A model generated the notes under the pieces. That model did not search any database. It was given only the letters and a program-made list of their open reading frames with translations, and was not told where the DNA came from. This document shows, piece after piece, positions 25,876 to 39,559 of a stretch of DNA of 64,000 nucleotides. Every line of letters begins with the position of its first letter. Positions within the stretch are counted from its first letter, which is position 1. The stretch covers positions 248,001 through 312,000 of the forward strand of contig JALMLS010000309.1 of NCBI GenBank assembly GCA_038496445.1. Reading direction: 5' to 3'. Both the position numbers and the translations under genes were made by a program. Source of the DNA: Trichosphaerium sp. ATCC 40318. Taxonomy: Eukaryota; Protista; Tubulinea.

Positions 25876-28800
25876 ATGTACATGGTACAGGATAGTAACG
25901 AAGAGAGCCTTCAAAGGGACGACAATGATAGCATGCGTGTTGACGGACAAGGTAAAGAAGATTCTTGAGCTGCTTTTAAAACGCGTTACGCCCAAACAAT
26001 ACCCTAAGCCCATCGCTCTAGATGATTTAGACGCCCCTCTGATACAAGAAGATGCATGGGTTGTTATTAGCGCGTATTTCGACGAGAAAGGCCTTGTGCG
26101 CCAGCAACTCGATTCATACAATGTATTTATGACAAACACGATCCAAGAGCTGGTCGATCAATGCGACACTATTAAATTAAAACCACAAAACCAACACAGG
26201 GCAGCTGAAGATACAGACGATAACCAGGTACAATACCCACGCTCAGGCTGTGCCTCAACATTTACTTCAAATCTGGCGCCCTTAATTTCGATTAAAACTG
26301 TGCAATGCTGCAAAACTAGGCGACTAAAGCGGTATTAGATTGAATACGACATCAAGTTTTGCCAGGTTTATATCAGTAAACCATCATACGTTGAAAAGGA
26401 CAGAGAGCTAAAAGCAATGTTCCCAAACGACGCCAGGCTCAGAAATTTAACGCAAGTGTCACTAGATTTTGTTTTAATTCAAATCAAAGTTTGTTGTTGA
26501 CATGTTGTTCTGTTTGTGCAAAAACGCCCAATTACATCACATGCACAACACTTTAAACAAAAGTTGGATTTGCAACAAAAATGTGTAATCTACAACGGCT
26601 AATTGTACACCTTTTTAGCTATTCTGCATCTCTATACGTCGATATGGAGAAGACGTTAACACAGTTGGACGACGAAGAGCTCAACAAACAAACAGAAAGG
26701 CTCTTCAAAGTGCCGATTGGTCGTGTGCCTATCATGCTCAGATCTCATTATTGCTTGCTGTCAAAACAAATTGGTCGTAGTCTAGCTCGACATGGGGAGT
26801 GCGAGTATGATGAAGGTGCGCAACACACAACCTCAAACTGATTAGTGCACCACTTGGCAAACTGTAACACCATAAAATAGGCGGTTACTTTATCATAAAT
26901 GGGTGTGAAAAGGTGCTGATCGCACAAGAGAAGATGAGTAACAATCACGTTTACGTCTTTAAGCAAAAAGCCGGTAAATACTCGTACACAGCAGAAATCA
27001 GATCTTCTATTGATTACGGTATGCGACCTACATCGTCATTGTATGTCAAAATGTACCGCAAGTCAGACAATGGCAAAGTCATGCGCGCGACGATTCCATA
27101 CGTCCGGGATGAAGTATGGCTACCTCCTTTTTTACAAATGTTCCGTATGTCACGACTGACAGATTGTACTTGTGTAGATTCCAGTAGTTATCGTGTTTCG
27201 CGCTTTGGGCTTTGTTGCTGACAGACAAATCCTCGAGTACATTTGCTACGACTTGAACGATCAACGCATGATGGAACTCTTGAGACCTTCTCTAGAAGAA
27301 GCCTATGTTGTACATAACCAAGAGGTGGCACTAGAGTATATTGGTAAGTCAAATCAAAAAAAGCATTTTTGGTCTGCTCGGGTTTTAACCGCCACCTATA
27401 GGCTATATCATTCTTTTTTTTTTATGTTTTAACATTATTTAATAGGTTCTCGTGGTATCTCTGGTATAGGTGCTTTGAGGGACAAGCGTATAGAATATGC
27501 TAGAGGGTTGTTGTACAAAGAGATGTTACCTCACGTGGGCAAGGACGAGTTTTCTAACAACACGAAAGCGTATTACTTTGGCTACATCATACACAGGCTT
27601 CTCATGTGTATCTTGGGTAGAAGAGAAGAGGACGACAGAGATCACTACGCCAATAAACGGCTTGATCTAGCAGGACCTCTACTGGCGAATTTATTTAGAC
27701 AATTGTTCTTGAAACTCGTAAGAAACTTGCGTCAGCGCCTTCAAAAAGATGTTGACAACAATCGCGATTTCAATCTCACCAAATCCGTACAATTCAAGAC
27801 CATCACAAATGGTTTAAAGTACTCTCTGGCTACTGGCAATTGGTCTGCAAACAGAGGCAATGTTACAAAAGTGGGCGTGAGTCAAGTGTTGAACAGACTC
27901 ACTTTCGTGTCAACGCTATCTCATCTCCGCCGTTTGAACACGCCTATCGGTCGTGAATCCAAGCTTGCAAAGCCTAGGCAGCTTCACAACACGCAGTGGG
28001 GTATGGCGTGCCCTGCTGAGACGCCAGAAGGGCAAATGTGCGGATTGGTAAAGAATCTGGCTTTGATGGCGTACATATCTGTAGAGTCCGATTCTGCCAC
28101 CATTCTAGAGTTTTTGGAAGAATGGTCTATGGACAATCTTGAGGAGATATCGGCCTCACAAGTCCCGTCTGCCACTAAAGTCTTTGTAAATGGCAGGTGG
28201 GTAGGTATTCACAGACAGCCAGAGCAACTTGTACAGACGCTAAGACAACTCAGGTACACACCCCTTTAAAAAGAGAGCGCTTATGCCATATGATCCCATT
28301 TGCTCGTACTTTTTTTTGCTAACGTAATGGTGTGTTCTACAGGCGACGAAAAGATTTGAGTCACGAAGTATCTATTGTTAGAGATATCACTGATAAGGAA
28401 TTACGCATTTACACAGATCCTGGACGTGTTTGTAGGCCGCTGTTCATCGTAGAAGACCAGCAATTGAAATGTACAAAGAGGTACGCACATACAACATGGC
28501 CAAGTAACATAAAAAATTATCTAACGCTGCTACTGCTAATAGGCATATTAACCAACTACAACGGCGCATGGTGGGAGAAGATTATGGATGGGTACATCTC
28601 GTGCACGATGGTGTAGTAGAGTATATCGACACGGAAGAAGAAGAGACCGTGATGATAGCCATGTTCTTCGATGAGCTCATAGACGCTAGAGATAAATATG
28701 CCTACTCCAATAAGTACACGCACTGCGAAATCCACCCATCCATGATACTTGGTATATGTGCTGGTATCATTCCGTTCCCTGATCACAACCAGGTACCCGG

Positions 28801-30616
28801 CCTTTCATCAAAAACCACACGAGAACCAAAAAAAGTAGAAAACCGTTTACAGCTACACTTTTTTTTTTTTTGGTATTTAACTTCCACGTGCCCTAAAATA
28901 GCCACTAGTCACCACGTAATACGTATCAATCTGCTATGGGTAAGCAAGCTATGGGTGTGTACGCTACAAACTATCAGTTGCGTATGGACACGAGTGCGCA
29001 GGTGCTGTACTACCCTCAGAAACCGCTTGTCACTACACGTGCTATGGCTTTCCTAAAGTTCCGCGAGTTGCCTGCAGGTCAGAATGCTGTTGTGGCTGTA
29101 GCTTGCTACTCCGGTTACAACCAAGAAGATTCGATCATCATGAACCAGTCAGCCATCGATCGCGGCCTCTTCCGATCAGTTGCCTTTCGTGGATACAGCG
29201 ACGAGGCTAAATACGAGGATTACGGTGTACGACAACACAAGCTTGTTTTGTGTTAAAATTTGCGCTGATACCATTTCTTTTTGTAGATGTCCCACATCAT
29301 GGAGACGTTCGAACGGCCCAACCCGCATGAAACGTCAGGGATGAAGATTGGATCTTACGATAAGCTGGAAGAGGACGGGTTTGTCGCTCCTGGTACCCGT
29401 GTGTCAGGCGGTGATATCATCATTGGCAAGACGACACCTGTGCCACAGCGAGAGGACGCCAACACAAAACCAAAGCGAGACTCGTCAACGGCAATAAGAT
29501 TGAGCGAGAACGGTATCATTGATCAAGTCATCGTCACCACAAACGCAGATGGCCTCAAGTTCGTCAAGGTCAGAGTGCGATCTATTCGTACACCACAAAT
29601 TGGTGATAAATTCTCGTCGCGTCACGGACAGAAGGGAACAATAGGCATCACATACAGACAAGAGGACATGCCATTTTCATGCGAAGGCATTTCTCCTGAT
29701 ATCATCATGAACCCTCATGCTATACCTTCACGTATGACAATTGGACAACTCATCGAGTGCCTCCTCGGCAAACTATCTGCCATAACAGGCGATGAGGGTG
29801 ATGTACGGATTTTTCTTTCCATTGCTTTTTTTTTTGTTTTTCAGATAAAAGTAAAAGAGAAGGGTAACGTATCATTTTTCTAATCAAAACCTTAGGCGAC
29901 ACCTTTCACAGATATCAGCGTAGAAGATATCTCCACGCTCTTGCTCAAAAAGAAATACCAATCTAGGGGATCAGAAGTGATGTACAATGGACACACAGGG
30001 CGACCTTTGGAAGCTCAGTTGTTCATCGGGCCTACCTACTATCAGCGCCTAAAGCATCTTGTCGATGATAAGATTTATTCTCGTGCTGGCGGACCAACAC
30101 AGATTCTGACTCGTCAGCCAGTCGAAGGTATGGATTTTGTTATTACTAGCCAACTAACTGCGGAACACAGGTCGTGCTCGTGGTGGTGGTTTGCGTTTCG
30201 GAGAGATGGAACGTGATTGCATGATCTCTCACGGCGCCTCTCAGTTCTTAAGGGTACTACCGCCTTTTTCACTTTGTTTTGTGACAACTCACCAACTCGG
30301 CTTTTTAGGAGAGGCTGTTCGAGCAGTCGGACGCATACCGAGTGCATGTTTGTGATAAATGCGGATTGATTGCTATAGCCAATCTACAAAAGAAAGTGTT
30401 TGAATGCAAGGGTTGTGGCAATACTTCACAGGCACGTCTTGAGCATCTTCCTTCTGGCGGTTTTTTTTTGTTGTTTTAACGTAGTACTCTTAGATCTCGC
30501 AAGTGCACATCCCGTATGCTTGTAAATTGCTATTCCAAGAGCTCATGTCAATGAGCATTGCTCCGCGAATGATGACAACAGTACCTGAGGATGAACCGGA
30601 TTTTATGAAAAACTAA
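25876..30616 (+). CDS. RPB2: RNA polymerase II second-largest subunit
   Basis: [38 protein letters not shown]...[36 protein letters not shown], zinc site CDKC...[15 protein letters not shown]. Confidence 0.98.
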
Positions 30617-30783
30617 ATTAAAAAAAAAGCAATCAAATAAATAAAAACAAACTGACACCCTCAATCTGTATATGTGTTTTTGCGTTGTAAATCATGCTGT
30701 TGTTGCCAATGAAGCAATTTAAAACTGAGGTGACGATGTTGCTTAACGCTTTGCGTAACGGTCAAACAAGGCATGTTAGTAAG

Positions 30784-31513
30784 ATGAGCAGTGAAGAAGA
30801 ACCAACAACGTCTACGCCTACTGACGACTCGCCACCAAAAAAGAAAAAGAAACGGAGAAAGAAAGCCAAAAAGAAAGAGACACCACCAGTCAGCGAAACT
30901 GAGGACATAGATGAGATTGTAGTCGTAAGGGACTATTCTAGGGGCACAGCAGTCCAATTCAGCGCAACATTCCCCGAAGAGCTCTCTCATTGGGTAAGCA
31001 CGCAGCACGCAGCTCAAGAGCGCATTTTTGATTAATTGTAAATGAATTTCATTAAAATTAAATTGAGCATAATACAATTTGACGCTCTAACGCTGTGACA
31101 CTGTTGTTAGAACATTTCAAGCAAAGAATTTACAGACACTGTCACCACTATAAACGGGTTGCTCTTCGATGCTGAAAAAGTGGATTGTACGACCGTATTA
31201 GAGGGTTGCTTGGGTTGCGTGACGCTTTGGACGTTTTTCTTGTGCTCCAACACAAAATACGATAGAACTCTCAAACTCCTAGATGAGTACATAGAAGATC
31301 AAAACAAGAAGGTGTACCGGCCAAATGGGTTAGAATTACAACACCCTCTTTACAGTACGATTCATTTGCTCTCGTGCCGTTTTTATTCCTTTTTCTTTTT
31401 TTTTTTGAAATCACAAAAATATGACAGGCCGAAATGCCAAAAAATCCACTTGACGCCTTGTTTACTCTTTATCACCAGACGGATTACTCCATCTTTGTTT
31501 CACGACAATTTAA
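30784..31513 (+). CDS. ERF4/golgin A7 family (palmitoyltransferase accessory subunit)
   Basis: VRDYSRGTAVQFSATFPEEL, EFTDTVTTINGLLFDAEK, EGCLGCVTLW, LDEYIEDQNKKVYRPNGL. Confidence 0.85.
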
Positions 31514-31714
31514 TGTGGCCACAACGGGATAACCGCGAAACAAAAAAAAACACAATTGCTCACAAACTCAGAAAGCAGAAAAAAAATACAAAGTGTACTA
31601 GTAATAATAAACAGTTTTTAATGTACAAGGTTCTACACTCTACAAGCCAAAAATTGAGTGAAGGGAGAGGGGACATAAACGTTTATGCCCACCAACTACC
31701 GACGCCTGGTTGTT

Positions 31715-33177
31715 TTAAAAGAACAAGTCAGAGCTAAAGGTATTAAAGGTGCCATGTAAACCAGGCATGTGTGAAGAAGGATCAGGCTTTATCATTGTAT
31801 CCAACCCTTGTGTTCCCGCGTATAGGAACTAAATAAACGGTTAGTATTATAGTCGTTCGTGCACAAAAAGTAAAAAAAAGTTGTATGTTCGTTGTTTTGT
31901 ACTTCCGAAAAAAAAAAAAAAAAAACTTTTTTTTGGTTTTGACAGTGTTGTGTATCGAAAAAAACCACCAAAAACTGCACAAACACCAAAAACAAAAAAA
32001 ACAAATAAGTATGTTTACCCACCCGGTTGTTGTCGCGATGTGCCAAACCAGAGGCCATCATTAAATCTACCATCTCCAAGAGGAGATCCGAATCGGATAG
32101 AGGAATAGTTCTGAGCAATCGTCGCACGCGTTCGTGTTTTTCGGTAGGTGACAGTTTGGCGTATTGTTGTAACGCAGCGCTCATTGCGCCTTCAAAAGTC
32201 TTTGGTGTATTTTCTAAATAAAGATAAGCTACAATACAAAGGAAGGGGGAAACGAATAAAAGCCAAAACAGAAAAGTGCACCAAAAAAGGTTTTTATTTT
32301 CTTCCGTTTTAATAAAAGTGCAGTATTGGCGACGTGAGTAACGCCACGTGGGGTTAAAAAATGTTTTAAAGCAAAAAAAATGTTCCGTCGTTTTGAAGTT
32401 TTTTTTGTACAAATTCACTTGCTCTATTTTCAGATGTTACGTACGCTTTTCTAGCTTTTGTCGTTTGGCTGCGCGCTCCATCATGACTGGCGAGGCAGAA
32501 GTTATGGACATAAGATCCATGCCAACTTGGTTTGGTACATTTTGTGGTTGACCTGCTGGGAGGCCGCTTTGTTGAGAAAGTTGACGCAATAACCGCAATC
32601 CTTCCGCTTGTTGTTGTTCCACGCGCCTTACTATTTCCAAAGTCTGTGATACGGCAGCTGTATTGGTAAGTGCACGACTGCGTTTTTGTCCTGTAACTGA
32701 CCCGCCAGTTGATCGTTTGCGGTGTTTCAATGGCTTGGAAATGACCTTGATTGGGGCAGAGAAGGAGGAAAGAGGAATGAAGGCAGGGTTTTGAGGATCC
32801 CATACTGTAATTTTGAGGATAAAGTGGTTATCCTCGTGGTGGCTTGATAGAACCTTGATTTTAACGTCGAAATTGATTTCATCGCCCGCTTCGTTTACCA
32901 TAGGCTTATATTCTACAGGTTTAACCTTTACGTAACTGACTTCTTTTTCAGTCTGTTGCATGTCGTAGATGAGCTTAATATCGAACGCCAGTTGATTAAA
33001 GTTCGTAGGCTTGCTGTTGCCAAGCTTTACAGTTAATTGGAAGGGGCTATTCTTTACTACGACGTGAATAATTTGTGTAACACCGTTCTTCGTTATCTTC
33101 TCTTCGTTCAATGATGTCTGCTTGGTGACAGTGAGCGCCGAGTGTGGGGTACGGTCTAAGTTGAAGAGTTGTTCCAT
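31715..33177 (-). CDS. CudA-family (STAT-like DNA-binding) transcription factor
   Basis: VVVKNSPFQL...KEVSYVKVKPVEY...KIKVLSSHHEDNHF...SAPIKVISKP core, followed by a coiled coil and C-terminal FEGAMSAALQQYAKLSPTEKHERVRRLL. Confidence 0.8.
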
Positions 33178-33694
33178 GGTGAGCAGCTGTAGTTGTTGCT
33201 TTTGGATTATTTTTGTTAAATTAGTTTGTAATTTGTGAACGGCTGGTTTTTGGCATCCTAACCCATTAAAGCGTAACGTATCACATTCACTTGACTAGTC
33301 AACCCCAAAAGCTTCTCCAACGCACAACGGAGGTTAACCATCAAATAAAGGAAAAACAGTAGAAAAGGAACGTCGGGGTAATTTTAGACCTAATTAGTGC
33401 GACCTACACTCCAGGCGATTGAGCGACACATTTTGCTGGTGGTTTGTAGTGAATTCTTGTTTTATTAAATCCAACTTTTTTTTTTTTTGCGCTTTTGGCG
33501 CCACACCTAGTTCTTTAGACGAGTGTGTTGCTGGGAACTATAGTGCGTCGTGCGCAACTGTACGTACAGATCTATTAGTGTAAATTTGTGTGTGGCAGTA
33601 CTTCCATTCGTCGCCAAAATAAGAAGTAGAAAGATATGTGCACTGCAACCACCCTACACGCCGCCCAGAGCGATTGACACGAAACATGAATTCG

Positions 33695-34800
33695 TCAATT
33701 TTTGTGAATAAGTATGCAGTCATGATCAGTGCCATAACACAACCGTGCGTGATCCAACGCAGCACTATTGATGGTGCAACTGGCTAAAAGAACATTTAGA
33801 AAGGAGAGTTGCCTTGTTTACTCGCGCTAAAAGTGGCGAACGGCCAGTTAAAAAACGTACAACGCGAAGACGCGGGATTTACAACGGTGAACACGTCATT
33901 GCTTGTGTCATAGTTTGCCAGTACGACATAGTGACCTAAAAAAGAATGGTATGACTATGGTTACCACTACCTAGGGACAAAGTAATACCGAAATATGAGT
34001 TTGTACAAGCAATCAAAGACATTGCGGCGTGCAGTACACAGTTGGACGCCTCAACGCTGCTTATGAATCTCGCCGCATTTACCTGTCAGTAATTAACGAA
34101 TGAACTTTTTGACATATTCAAAAAGCCGTGCAGTGATGAATCGTAACTGCCGGCTGTAGTAACTTACCAACATTATTGCAATGTTTCCCCGCTCCAAGTG
34201 CAGTTGCACGTCCTCAATACTGATAGTACTAGTGCTTCGTAAGCGGTACGTTTTTCTGTACCCGATATGTAACGTACTCGTTATTAATCTCCAAGCCAAT
34301 GTCTTTGGCCTTTGAGAACAAGTGCTTAACGCGTCTGCAAGCAAGATTAGCACCGAGTGATGACGTTGGTTGTTTGACTTGACGTGTTTACCTTGTGTCC
34401 CGTGCCCACGATTGCTTGTAGAATCCCTACCGAACGCTTGGTTACTTTACTCAATTACTATTCCTACGCACGTCACTGGCGTAGTCCATGTTCAACCCTA
34501 GCTCTGCTGTCCAATATGTCACCTTGACGCCATGTGACTGCAAAGCAAAAGCAATGTCTATTGTCCATACGCTCTACATTTGTGCGAGTGAGTGGCCTTA
34601 CAGAGGGGAAAAAAAACCACCTTGGTTTTGATATGCGCAACAAGCGCTTCTCGTGACACGGGTTTACCAACGGCACTACATCACGTTATACGTGTTTGAT
34701 AACGCTTTTTTTTTGTTGAAAGGGGTTACCTCAACACCATCAATGCGCATGCTACGCCGCAGTCCCAGTTAGAGCGCTGCTTAATGTGCGTAACATGCAT
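33695..34800 (-). CDS. GUCD1-like (C39-peptidase-like fold) protein
   Basis: HIKQRSNWDCGVACALMVL, ISIEDVQLHLERGNIAIMLV, GHYVVLANYD...VVNP, ARLCYGTDHDCILI. Confidence 0.8.
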
Positions 34801-35002
34801 GAGGTAGAACTTTAGCGGAGGCGGTTTTTTGTTTATCAACAACCTTGTAAATACTTGTGGCACTAATAAGCCGGAAGAGCTCTGTAAAAAAGAGAATTTG
34901 TAATTTTTTTTTAAGCCGCGGCAAAGATTTGTTAAGCTCGTAAACGAAACAATACGGAGCTCGTCCAGAAATCTACCTTCACGTTGCCAACCCTAACGGC
35001 GG

Positions 35003-37491
35003 ATGGATGTACGTCTTTTTGTAATCCTTGCTTTTGTTTTCCTACTTTGTTCGATGTTACCGCGAAGCCCTTTGGCCTTTTCATTGCTTGTTTTTCATGG
35101 CATTTTCATTGTTACTTCTGCATTATGTTGTATTGGCGGCGAAAACTTTTGGTGCTTACTCTTTCCAGCCACTGATGCAACAAACTGACGGAGACGAAAA
35201 CAAAGTGCAGTATTTTAGATGTCAGAAATGTAACGAGCCTTTTGGTGTGAAGAATACAAATTATAGCACCCTATCTAAGCAATACAAAACAAAATGCCCT
35301 ATATGCGATGCATGCCTAATCATAGAGCTGTTGCCACACAAACAAAAGGGTAAGTACCATTGTTGAAGCAAAAACAAAATCAATTTATTTTTTTTTTACC
35401 AACGGTTAGTATATGGCTTTCAATCGCCGTGTAATACGCTCCCGTTAATTCAAGTTTTTTTAACGTTCGTTTTGAAAATTCATCAATTGCGATGTTGGCT
35501 TTTAATACAGCGCGTTGATTAACCCCTATATGCCCAGTTAAAAAAACCAACCTCACTGGCTTCTCGTCGTTGCTTTTTTTTTTTTTTTGGTTTAATTATT
35601 ATTTGTTCTTCTCTTGACGTTTGTTTTTGTTTTATCTGTTGGAGCACAATTTCTTTGGACTAACTTGTAAGCAGTGAACCCAGACGAAATATTTTCTTCC
35701 TCAATGGATGGGCCGTTGGTGGGAAAAAGGCTTTTGATTTGGTATGAAGATTTGAAATCTTATTTCTCTGGCACAGTCACTGGTTTCAGCGAGAAGGACA
35801 ATGCCTACACGTACGATCGTACTCACATGACCTATTTTGTGGTTTGTAACCGAGCAATAGAGTACTCTTTGACAATGGAGACCGTGAAGAATTAGAGCTC
35901 CCTGATGCTGACCACACGACCAGTTCCGAAAATAATGATAGGTGCGGGATTTTTGCTTATTCACGATTTTTTCTTTGGCGCTTGTTTTCTACATTGATTG
36001 CGTTATACTTGTTTGTGGAGTTTTTTTGGATTTGTCACGCGATAGCCTGTTTTTTTTTTCACGCCTTTTTGTTTATTTCAGCCGTGTTGTGTTAATTGGG
36101 CTTTCTTGTATTTCTCGCAAATCATCTGTTTTTGAGAACAATACGACTCGCTCCTTTGAACAATTCAATTTTTTTAGATACTAGTTTTGTCGTAGCACGT
36201 TATTCGTGTGCTTGCTTCTGTTTTCTTCTCATACACATAAATGCTAACATCTTTTTTTTTTTTTTTTTTTTGCATTCGTTATTTCACGTAAGCAAACACG
36301 CTTTACTTATCGCAAAAACAGGTGGTGCCTTGAAGAGGAAGTGCAAGACAGAAGTCTCATTAAACCTGTACCTAATTCACAACCAACGACACAAGCCGTG
36401 GCTCCTGCACCCACTCCAACAGAAGTGAAACCGAGTCCTACTGCCCAGCCAACTTCTTCAGTTGCGGCTCCATCACCGGCCGTCACTGCCCCAAATGGTG
36501 TAGCACCAGCTGCTGAATCAAGTGGTGATATTGCCATGACAGAGGCAGCGCAACGTACGTTTGCTTTCATATTTCAGTTTGAATTTTGTTTTTATTTTTT
36601 CATTTTTATCGTTATACTATTGTTATTGTTGTTGATGTAATGCTACTGCCACAAATCTCTTCTTTCTTTGTTGTAATACTAGCTAATTCACGAGTACAGC
36701 AGCAGTCTCAGAACCAGCACCAGTACCTGCACCTACCTCCATGGAGGCACCAGAGAAAGAGCTAGAGCCAACGCCAGAGCCAATGCCAACGCCAACACCA
36801 ACACCTACACCAATGGACACTGACAATGGCAATGGTACTGCTCCGGATGTTGCATCCGCTTCTGCCCCTTCTGAGTCAGTTCCGGAACAAAAGCCAGAAA
36901 CAACTCAAAAACCAGAAACAAGTCAAGTACCTGAAACACAAGCACCTGAAACAACTCAAGCACCAGAAACAACTCAAATTCCAGCAAGCGATACGCCAGC
37001 CACGAAACCAGATGCAAGTGCTGCAATGGATGTGGATGATGCTACCAAGGAAATTGATAGCGTACAACCCAGTGCCACAACTGAAGGAGGTCAGATGACA
37101 ACTTCCCAGGAGGCGGATGGCTCAACTTCTATAACAGGCACTAAACGCTCTATTGAGGTGCGGAAAGCACACCCGTGTTGCTTGTTTAGTTGGACATAAC
37201 GTGTTTTTTAAGTTTCTTACTGTTTTAATAGCAAGTTGAGAATGTTGCTGAGCAAGCTGAGCCTGCAGCAAAGAAACCCAAGTTGGACGTGGCAGAATCA
37301 AGCAGTGATAAACCTCCTTTGCCTGTACTGCCTGTGCAAACACCACCGCCACCACCGAGTAGCACACCTGCTGCGTTAGATGCTGATAAAGGTATGATTT
37401 ACACTGAAGGTGCCAATGGATTCATGTGTTATGTGTAGGTGGTGAACAGATTTTCCAAGATGCTGGTGTTATTGGTGACATGACGATATGA
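35003..37491 (+). CDS. Zinc-ribbon + Tudor-like domain protein with acidic P/E/T-rich tail
   Basis: CQKC...CPIC; LVGKRLLIWYEDLKSYFSGTVTGFSEKDNAYT/VLFDNGDREEL (Tudor-like barrel); low-complexity 3' exons. Confidence 0.65.
36893..36980 (+). repeat. Coding tandem repeat (PETTQx, ~15-18 bp units)
   Basis: ccagaaacaactcaa-type unit repeated about 5 times in frame. Confidence 0.8.
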
Positions 37492-38214
37492 ACACATTAA
37501 ATATGCAAAAATAAATAAAAAACAGATGTTCAGCTCACAACGAATGCAAAAGAAGCATTATCAAATGCTATGAGCATCTTAACCAAACTTGATGTAGTGT
37601 CACTAGGGATAAAGCACTTGTTTTTCATATGATACAAAAAAAATAAACAAAAGTGTATGTATTCATTTGTACAAATTTGAACATTGTTCAAAATTCAGAT
37701 AGCAATGTTTCATACTGGTGTGTTATACTAGTTTTTCTTGTTGATTTTCTCTGTAAGGCAAAAATCCTTAAAAAAAAGAAAGTAACTGCCAAGGTACCTA
37801 ACAGTTTGTAATGAAAATCTCTTATTTGAACTATAATTATATAAATGTAATGAAATGCATGCTAGGGGTACAATTGGATTGTTTGTTAATATTTTGGTTA
37901 ATAGGTGGTAGAAGAGAGGAATCAGGAAAATAAGGTAAACCAACTCCAATCCTTCCAAATATTCTTATAATCAGCCACAATACTGGAATCAGGATTTTGT
38001 CCTGTACTAAACCTGTATGTGACATACTATAGACTTGTACCTAACCATACACGTTTCATACTTTTTTTCTATAAAGTGGTGTTCAGTAGTAAAATTGGGA
38101 GTACAGATAATGTACAGGTAGAGTATGCTTTTTTATATTGGAATTGGGATTTTGAAAAAACCTGTACAGTATTGGAATCAGAATTTTGACCCATACTAAA
38201 CCTGTATGGACCTG

Positions 38215-39143
38215 CAATGGTGGAATCGGACAAAATACACGTGCCTAAAACGTGCCATTTGCGTGTTTTAACCATAACCTGTCCTTAATAGAAATTTGGA
38301 GAAAAATTCAAAATAAAAAAATTGACAAACTCAAAACTCAACCATCTCACCCCAAAGCCGATCGCCTCCAATCGTCAACAATAAAACATGTATTTTCACC
38401 CAAGTAAGCAGTAGTTAGGTTTGTATTGGCATGGCTCTAAAAGTAGGCGAAAAAATCTAAAAATACCCAAAAACCAACAATTTCTTGATTTTCCTATTTT
38501 TCATGAATAACTCAGGTCTACTAGTATGAATCCTTTAAAAAACGAAGTATGGCCCACTATTAGGTACAATGCATGGTTTCGTGGTGGTTTGGGGTTTGGT
38601 GCCCCTTTTTAAGACAAAAATGATAGAAAATAGATATTTAGGGTAGTTTAAGGATATTATGGCTCAATAACTCCATTAAACCCCTTTTTAAAGACGATTA
38701 TTGGATTTGAGATTTTTAGCCTAATTAGGTAAGTTCTTGCTTAAGTATTTACGGTAAGGCAGGATTGACGAAAAAAGCAGGTAAAATGGCAAAAACATGA
38801 AGTTGGTTGATATAAACTGGGTATTGTTTATGTGGGATAGTTTTATGTACAGTTTGTAATAATTGTACCAAACCTCTTTGTAATCGTTATGTGTTATGTA
38901 TCGTAATAAACTGTTATTTTTTTTCCTCTATAAAGTGGTGTTTTATGTGTGCCCAAAATGTGTGATATGTGTGGCAAATATGCGTGCCCAAAACGTGCCC
39001 AAAACGTGGAAAATAAACATGCCTAAAACGTGCCCAAAATGTAGATAATAAACATGCCCAAAACGTGTCCAAAACGTGGCTTTTGTGTGGAAAATAAACG
39101 TGCCCAAAACGTGTGATTCACGTTCTGTCCAATTCCACCACTG
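38215..39143. mobile_element. Non-autonomous DNA transposon (MITE, hAT-like ends)
   Basis: Terminal inverted repeats caatggtggaatcggacaaaa (38215-38235) and, reverse-complemented, cagtggtggaattggacagaa (39143-39123) match at 18/21 positions. Subterminal AAAACGTG repeats lie at both ends; no credible coding ORF. Confidence 0.65.
38985..39113. repeat. Subterminal 11-bp repeat array (cccaaaacgtg)
   Basis: Multiple exact or near-exact copies with short variable linkers; a related copy lies at ~38244-38256. Confidence 0.85.
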
Positions 39144-39559
39144 TGTACTTTTGACCCATATTTAACTTGTACAGATTCCATATTGTTGATCCATACTCTA
39201 TTCATATGGGTTATGTACAGAATTATGGCTTAATAGCTCTATTAAACCTCTTTTTAAAGGCGATTATGGGCTTCAAGCATTTTTGAAATAGTTGTTAAGT
39301 TGTGGATATTTCGTTGGGTTTTAGGACAATTAAGGCATGATGTCTGAAATATCTTTTCAAACAGGTCAAAAACATGGTTGTTTAGTGGTAATGGGGTTGT
39401 AATGTAATGTAATTTATTGTAATGTGTTGTAAACCCCATATGGGATCTGTACTTTCAACCAATACAAAACCTACATGACTTGTACTTTTGACATGTATTT
39501 TATTCATATGGGATCTGTACTTTTTAACCTGTATTTTACCTGTACTGGGTTCAATGTTA

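Noticed and set aside
31792-32418. 208-aa F-rich ORF
   Set aside because: It is read-through of T-rich introns around a true CudA-like exon, not an independent gene.
38985-39113. Short repeats with spacers resembling a CRISPR array
   Set aside because: Units are 11 bp, spacers are irregular and themselves repetitive, there are no cas genes and the context is eukaryotic; better explained as transposon subterminal repeats.
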